From a virus (lineage: Duplodnaviria; Caudoviricetes): a DNA stretch of 31,048 nt. Positions 25,962 through 31,048 of the stretch are shown here, piece after piece (within the stretch, counting starts at the first letter, position 1; every line of letters begins with the position of its first letter). The notes below the pieces were generated by a model that saw only the letters and a list, made by a program, of their open reading frames with translations, had not been told where the DNA came from and searched no databases. The DNA lies in IMG/VR virus record IMGVR_UViG_3300011339_000154, positions 1 through 31,048 of that record; one strand, written 5' to 3'. The translations under genes and the position numbers were made by a program.

Positions 25962-26465
25962 ATGGCCGTTGTATACCTTTCTCCCGTGGGCGGTGTAGCG
26001 GCCCAGTTCTTCACAAATACCGGCGCAGTTCTGACTGGCGGTAAGTTGTACACCTACGCGGCTGGCACAACTAATCCTTTAGTTAGCTACACGACTAGCG
26101 CGGGAAATGTCGCCCGTACAAATCCCGTTGTGTTGGACGCTGCTGGCCGAGTATCTAGCGGCGGTGAAATTTGGATTACATCAGTACCGTATAAATTTGT
26201 TCTTACTGATTCAACTGATGTACTAATCGCTACATACGACAATATTTTTGGAATTGGCGTACTAATTTATCAAATACAAAATTTTACAGGTGACGGCACA
26301 ACAGTAAACTTTACGTTGTCTTCCGCACCAAGCAGTGAAAATTCAACTTTTGTATATATTAACGGTGTGTACCAAAACAAAAATACATACACTGTTAGCG
26401 GAACAACACTTACGTTTTCAGAAGCACCACCTCTCACTTCACTTATTGAAGTAATGTTTAACTGA
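25962..26465 (+). CDS. Spike/fibre anchor (adaptor) protein
   Basis: QFF..G..LTGGKLYTYAAGTT..NPVVLDAAGR particle-binding-type domain plus an FTGDG..VYINGVYQ..YTVSGTTLTFSEAPP domain. Confidence 0.6.
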   Translation: MAVVYLSPVGGVAAQFFTNTGAVLTGGKLYTYAAGTTNPLVSYTTSAGNVARTNPVVLDAAGRVSSGGEIWITSVPYKFVLTDSTDVLIATYDNIFGIGVLIYQIQNFTGDGTTVNFTLSSAPSSENSTFVYINGVYQNKNTYTVSGTTLTFSEAPPLTSLIEVMFN

Positions 26466-26476
26466 TTGGATAAACT

Positions 26477-27631
26477 ATGGCAGACTTAAAAATATCAGCG
26501 CTTACGGCGTCAACCACACCGCTTGCGGGTACGGAAGTTTTGCCTATTGTGCAAAGCAGCACAACTAAACAAGTATCAGTTGCTAACTTGACCGCTGGTC
26601 GAGCTGTAAGTGCTTTAAGTTTGACAAGTACCAATGGAGCTTCAATCCAAGGTTTGACAGTAGGGCTTGGCGCGGGGGCTGTGGCTACCAATACTGCGGT
26701 GGGTATTAGTGCATTAGCAACAAGTTCTGGGGCAAACAGCGTAGCCATTGGCTATCAAGCCCTCCAAGCTAACACCACAATTGGAAATTTAACAGCGGTT
26801 GGCTATCAGGCTGCGTTTACAGGCATTACCGCAACAGGTATTACTGCTTTTGGCTACAGGGCTTTGGCTACCAATACTGCAAATAATAACGCGGCTTTTG
26901 GTGGACAAGCACTTCAAAATAATTCAACAGGCTCCAAAAACAATGCTTTTGGAGGAGCAACAACAGGGTCTACTGACGGCGCTTTAGGTAAAAATACCAC
27001 GGGTTCCGACAACACCGCCATGGGCCATCAAGCTATTTCGCAAAATAACACTGGCAGCAACAACTCGGCTTTTGGGTCATCTGCCCTTTATAGCTGCACA
27101 GGAAGCAGTAACACGGTTTTAGGTAGTAATGCTGGAGAGGCTTTGACCACTGGAAGCAATAATACTTATTTAGGTAGGTCTGCAACTCCATCAGCGGTCG
27201 GCGTATCTAATGAAATTGTTATATGCACCGCCTCAGCTACAGGTAAGGGGACAAACACTGGTTTTATAAGTTCATCTAACGGCGTTTATCAAGGAAATAA
27301 TTTAACTCTTTGGTCTATTACTTCTGACCAACGCCTTAAGAAAAATATTGTTGATAACAACATTGGCTTGAGCATCATTAACCAAATTCAAGTGCGTAAT
27401 TTTGAGTACCGTTTGCCTGAAGAAGTTACTGATCTTTTGCAAGACCAAGCCATTCAAAAACAAGGTGTGCAACTTGGAGTTATTGCCCAAGAACTCCAGC
27501 AAATTTTGCCACAATGCGTAAATACCGAATCTACTGGTGTAATGACCGTAAATGCAGATAATTTGACTTGGTATTTAATTAACGCAATTAAAGAATTAAC
27601 CGCTCGCGTAGCGCAACTTGAAAGCAAATAA
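26477..27631 (+). CDS. Fibre protein with C-terminal intramolecular chaperone (peptidase S74)
   Basis: Repeated NTAxGxxAL beta-roll units; SDQRLKKNI cleavage motif, GVIAQE, terminal coiled coil. Confidence 0.85.
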   Translation: MADLKISALTASTTPLAGTEVLPIVQSSTTKQVSVANLTAGRAVSALSLTSTNGASIQGLTVGLGAGAVATNTAVGISALATSSGANSVAIGYQALQANTTIGNLTAVGYQAAFTGITATGITAFGYRALATNTANNNAAFGGQALQNNSTGSKNNAFGGATTGSTDGALGKNTTGSDNTAMGHQAISQNNTGSNNSAFGSSALYSCTGSSNTVLGSNAGEALTTGSNNTYLGRSATPSAVGVSNEIVICTASATGKGTNTGFISSSNGVYQGNNLTLWSITSDQRLKKNIVDNNIGLSIINQIQVRNFEYRLPEEVTDLLQDQAIQKQGVQLGVIAQELQQILPQCVNTESTGVMTVNADNLTWYLINAIKELTARVAQLESK

Positions 27632-27633
27632 CC

Positions 27634-27951
27634 ATGACACAATTTTCAACCACCATCACTAAGATGTATACGCTCTCTGAAGTTAATGGCAAGACAGACG
27701 TTGTAGTCACCGCCATGTGGCAAGTTACTGGAGTAGAAGGCATTTACACCGCCAACATTGACGATAGCAGCCAGTTTGCCTTGTCGTCTGACGTTGCCAG
27801 TTTTACCCCCTACGCAAATCTAACGGAAACTCAAGTCATTAGCTGGATTCCCAAAAGCCAAATTACTAGCGCACAACAATGCGTACAAGGCCAGATCGAC
27901 AGCATGATTACACCCCCAGTAAGCCCTTTGTCGCAAGCCCTTCCTTGGTAA
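27634..27951 (+). CDS. Fibre-associated small protein
   Basis: FTPYANLTETQVISW...LPW; paralogue of 29231-29572. Confidence 0.65.
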   Translation: MTQFSTTITKMYTLSEVNGKTDVVVTAMWQVTGVEGIYTANIDDSSQFALSSDVASFTPYANLTETQVISWIPKSQITSAQQCVQGQIDSMITPPVSPLSQALPW

Positions 27952-27986
27952 CAATTTTACCTATCGGCAAAAAGTAAGGATCATTC

Positions 27987-29213
27987 ATGTCACTCACAAA
28001 AGCAACCTACTCAATGATTGCTGGCGCTCCCATCAATGTTCTTGATTATGGAGCCGACCCTACGGGTGTTGCTGATAGTAAAGCAGCTATTCAAACCGCA
28101 ATAGATGCTGGCAATGGCAGAACTGTGTTTTTGCCCAAAGGAACATACAAACTTACATCTCAACTTTTGCTTAGCAATCACAAAGGAACTCAATTAGTTT
28201 CGGAAACAGATAACGGCGAAAGTCTCCCCGCCAAATTGCAATGTGCGGGTACGTTTGACAACGCAGTTCAAATACGCGATTCGCGTGAAATTGTAATTTC
28301 TGGTATTGGTGTCTCTGTTGCATCTGGCGCAGTTCAAAATGGTTTTAACATCAACCAAACAGCAACCCCCACAACAGTTTGCACCAACATCAAATTTATT
28401 GATTGCGCGGTTCAAGGAGTCGCGGCAAACGGTTGGTACTTTACATCACTCAGTGGCAACACCGATCTGATTGAATTGCACAACTGTTACGCAACTAGCT
28501 TGGTCAGTGGTATTTACATTGACAACTCACAATCCAAAATGATAAAAGTCATTGGCGGCGCATACACTGGTTGCACTACCGGCATCAACTGTAAGACTGG
28601 CTCATTTCACGCGCTTTATGCGGGTTTTGGGGATAATACGCAAGACGTATACCTTGATGTTCCAAACAATGCAATTACTTTGATTGGATGCCAATCTGAA
28701 CTTAGCGAAACTTTTTTGCAAGACTCTGGCGCGGCTGGCGCTGCTTGGCCTGTGTCGGTTATTGGTTGCCGTTTAGCTGTGCAAGTGCCAATGACTGTAA
28801 CTGGCATTTACATCAACTATAAAAAGCGTGGCCCATTTAATCTTATTGGCAATCAATTTGATTCTGGCAATACTGTTGTCACTAATTTTCGGGTTCTTGT
28901 TGGCGGTAATACGCAAAAATGCCCATTTAACTCAATTGGTAACTACTACCCATTTTCAGACCCGTTTAATGGTGTTGGATTTAACACCCTGACTCAACTT
29001 GGTGACAATTATGAACTTGGCAGCGGAAATGGCGCTGCGCCATTTAACACCACAATTAGTTCTGCAAATGTTGCTAACGGAGTTGGGTTTTTTGGCTCTG
29101 CTTTGACAACGACTAAGCCAACAGTTACGGGGTCAAAAGGTGCTAATGCAGCGCTTACTTCTTTAATTGCGGCACTTGCAAATTACGGTTTAATTATTGA
29201 TTCAACATCTTAA
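27987..29213 (+). CDS. Spike protein, pectate-lyase-like beta-helix (putative depolymerase)
   Basis: NVLDYGADPTGVADSKAAIQTAID..VFLPKGTY opening followed by Asn/Gly/Cys-rich beta-helix rungs. Confidence 0.8.
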   Translation: MSLTKATYSMIAGAPINVLDYGADPTGVADSKAAIQTAIDAGNGRTVFLPKGTYKLTSQLLLSNHKGTQLVSETDNGESLPAKLQCAGTFDNAVQIRDSREIVISGIGVSVASGAVQNGFNINQTATPTTVCTNIKFIDCAVQGVAANGWYFTSLSGNTDLIELHNCYATSLVSGIYIDNSQSKMIKVIGGAYTGCTTGINCKTGSFHALYAGFGDNTQDVYLDVPNNAITLIGCQSELSETFLQDSGAAGAAWPVSVIGCRLAVQVPMTVTGIYINYKKRGPFNLIGNQFDSGNTVVTNFRVLVGGNTQKCPFNSIGNYYPFSDPFNGVGFNTLTQLGDNYELGSGNGAAPFNTTISSANVANGVGFFGSALTTTKPTVTGSKGANAALTSLIAALANYGLIIDSTS

Positions 29214-29230
29214 TAAACAAAGAAACTATC

Positions 29231-29572
29231 ATGGAATACAAATGGACAGTTAATAAAGTACAAGTCGCCAATGACAATCTGATTGTCAAAGTTGGATTGA
29301 TAGTCACAGGCATTGATGGTGATAACACTGCTTCTGCTTGGTATGAGCGTAACCTTGTTCGCGGTGACAGCTTTGTCCCATATGAACAATTAACTGAACA
29401 ACAAGTGCTTGACTGGTGTTTTGAGCCAGAAGTCACCACTTGGAAAGACATTGACGGCGCTCAACAATCAAGCACCCGTCTTATTAAAGACGAAGGTGAA
29501 GCACAAGTAACTGGCCAGATTGCACGCCAGTTGGCACAAAAAGAATCTGAGCCTGCTTTACCATGGGTATAA
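29231..29572 (+). CDS. Fibre-associated small protein
   Basis: FVPYEQLTEQQVLDW...LPWV; paralogue of 27634-27951. Confidence 0.65.
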   Translation: MEYKWTVNKVQVANDNLIVKVGLIVTGIDGDNTASAWYERNLVRGDSFVPYEQLTEQQVLDWCFEPEVTTWKDIDGAQQSSTRLIKDEGEAQVTGQIARQLAQKESEPALPWV

Positions 29573-29576
29573 ATTC

Positions 29577-29632
29577 CAGCATAATGCTGACAAAACCGTA
29601 TCGGCCAGGTTGACCGAGGAATCTTAGGATTC
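29577..29632 (+). promoter_or_regulatory. Structured leader of the scaffold gene
   Basis: Three short hairpins: CAGCA-taa-TGCTG, TCGG..CCGA and GAATC-ttag-GATTC (covers the AGGA RBS). Confidence 0.45.
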
Positions 29633-29639
29633 AGAAAAC

Positions 29640-30416
29640 ATGACTGAAGAAGTCCAAGCCCTAGCGGAAGTAGACTCCGCGCCAACCACGGATGTGACGG
29701 CCACACCTGAAGTTGCTGAAAGTACGCCGGAAGTAGCTGAAACACAGGCTGCCAAGACATTCTCGCAAGAGGAACTTGACGCTGCTATTGGCAAACGCCT
29801 CGCAAGAGAGCAACGTAAGTGGGAAAGAGAACAGCAACAACGATCTGCCGAAACGCAAATCGTAAAAGCAGCTCCGTCAGCATCCGTTGACCAGTTTGAA
29901 AGCCCTGAAGCCTATGCGGAAGCACTGGCCTATCAGAAAGCCGAAGAACTATTGGCCAAACGTGAAGCGGCAAAGCAGCAGTCGCAAGTTCTTGAGAGTT
30001 ATCACGACTTGGAAGAAGAAGCTAGGACTAAGTATGACGACTTTGAACAAGTCGCCTACAACCCTAAACTTCCGATCACAAACGTGATGGCAGAAACGAT
30101 TCAGTCTTCGGACGTTGGGCCTGAGTTAGCGTACTATCTCGGCTCTAATCCAAAAGAAGCAGATCGCATCTCACGCATGTCGCCACTCAGTCAGGCGAAG
30201 GAAATTGGGAAAATTGAGGCCAAATTGGTTTCAGCGCCCCCAGTTAGAAAAACGACATCTGCGCCAGCGCCGATTTCACCTGTCACCGCACGCTCCGCTG
30301 GAGTGTCGGCTTATGACACTACTGATCCAAGGTCTACCAAGACCATGACGGATTCGCAGTGGATTGAGGCCGAGCGCAAACGACAAGTGAAAAAATGGGA
30401 AGCACAGAACCGCTAA
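29640..30416 (+). CDS. Capsid scaffolding protein
   Basis: Acidic/coiled N-terminus, GPELAYYLGSNP motif, directly upstream of the coat gene. Confidence 0.8.
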   Translation: MTEEVQALAEVDSAPTTDVTATPEVAESTPEVAETQAAKTFSQEELDAAIGKRLAREQRKWEREQQQRSAETQIVKAAPSASVDQFESPEAYAEALAYQKAEELLAKREAAKQQSQVLESYHDLEEEARTKYDDFEQVAYNPKLPITNVMAETIQSSDVGPELAYYLGSNPKEADRISRMSPLSQAKEIGKIEAKLVSAPPVRKTTSAPAPISPVTARSAGVSAYDTTDPRSTKTMTDSQWIEAERKRQVKKWEAQNR

Positions 30417-30437
30417 TTTTTTTAAAGGACTTTTAAA

Positions 30438-31048
30438 ATGTCAAACAGTATTCTGACGATTGATATGATCACAAGAAAAGCTCTCGAAATCCTCGAGAAC
30501 AACCTTGTGCTTACCCGTAACGTGAACCGCCAGTACGACGACAGCTTCGCTGTTGAAGGTGCTAAGATTGGTTCTACCCTCCGTATCCGTTTACCTGACC
30601 GCGCTTTGGTAACTGACGGCGCCGCCTTGCAAGTGCAAGACGACAACGAGCAGTTCACCACTTTGACCGTTGCCAGCCAAAAGCACATCGGTGTCAACTT
30701 CACATCTGCTGAATTGACCATGCAATTGGATGACTTCGCAGAGCGTGTGTTGAAGCCTCGTATCAGCCAGTTGGCATCTTCTATTGATGCAGACGTGGCC
30801 AATGCGTACAAAACCATCGGTAACACCGTTGGTACACCTGGCACCACTCCTTCTACTTCTTTGGTCTTGCTCCAAGCCCAGCAGAAGCTGAACGAGAACG
30901 CAGCCGTGATGTCCCCACGTTACGCTACCGTGAACCCTGCTGCTAACGCTGGCTTGGTTGAAGGCATGAAAGGTCTGTTCAATCCTACAGACACTATCAG
31001 CAAGCAATTCAAGAACGGCATGATGGGCACTGGCGTGTTGGGCTTTGA
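30438..31048 (+). CDS. Major capsid protein, P22 coat-like (partial, runs off the window)
   Basis: AAGGA RBS; MSNSILTIDMITRKALEILENNLVLTRNVNRQYDDSFAVEGAKIGSTLRIRLP...; absent from the ORF track because it has no stop in the window. Confidence 0.9.
   Translation, partial: MSNSILTIDMITRKALEILENNLVLTRNVNRQYDDSFAVEGAKIGSTLRIRLPDRALVTDGAALQVQDDNEQFTTLTVASQKHIGVNFTSAELTMQLDDFAERVLKPRISQLASSIDADVANAYKTIGNTVGTPGTTPSTSLVLLQAQQKLNENAAVMSPRYATVNPAANAGLVEGMKGLFNPTDTISKQFKNGMMGTGVLGF

Noticed and set aside
30422-31007. Minus-strand ORFs at the window end
   Set aside because: Antisense shadows of the plus-strand capsid gene starting at 30438.
1-31048. Integrase, repressor, tRNA, reverse transcriptase/DGR, introns or inteins, alternative genetic code
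   Set aside because: None recognised; core genes are uninterrupted and of normal length in the standard code. Part of the genome lies outside the window.

Overview
About 31 kb of a tailed dsDNA bacteriophage with a P22-type podovirus head and ejection module and an APSE-like replication module. The window is cut from a circular or permuted genome: it starts inside a tail-region gene and ends inside the major capsid gene. Order: cupin-SET fusion and three DNA-ejection proteins (1-5315); lysis cassette with holin and M15 peptidase (5315-7110); leftward operon with VRR-NUC nuclease, SNF2 helicase, glutaredoxin and small genes (7076-10358); rightward replication operon with Cas4-like exonuclease, SSB, a Mom-like DNA modifier, family A polymerase and primase-helicase (10444-17205); leftward early operon of small genes (17252-19551); a non-coding region with a strong promoter and a bidirectional TGACCCA repeat array (19552-20221); terminase, small basic proteins, GroES, portal, ferritin-like protein, an unusually placed fibre/spike cassette, scaffold and capsid (20222-31048). 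No integrase, tRNA or CRISPR array is seen. Most notable: the SET-domain protein beside the ejection genes, the Mom-like gene with an RBS-adjacent hairpin, the iteron-like array, a sharp local CCGG enrichment in the early region, and a hidden 19-aa hydrophobic peptide. All family calls come from motif recognition by eye; no searches were run.
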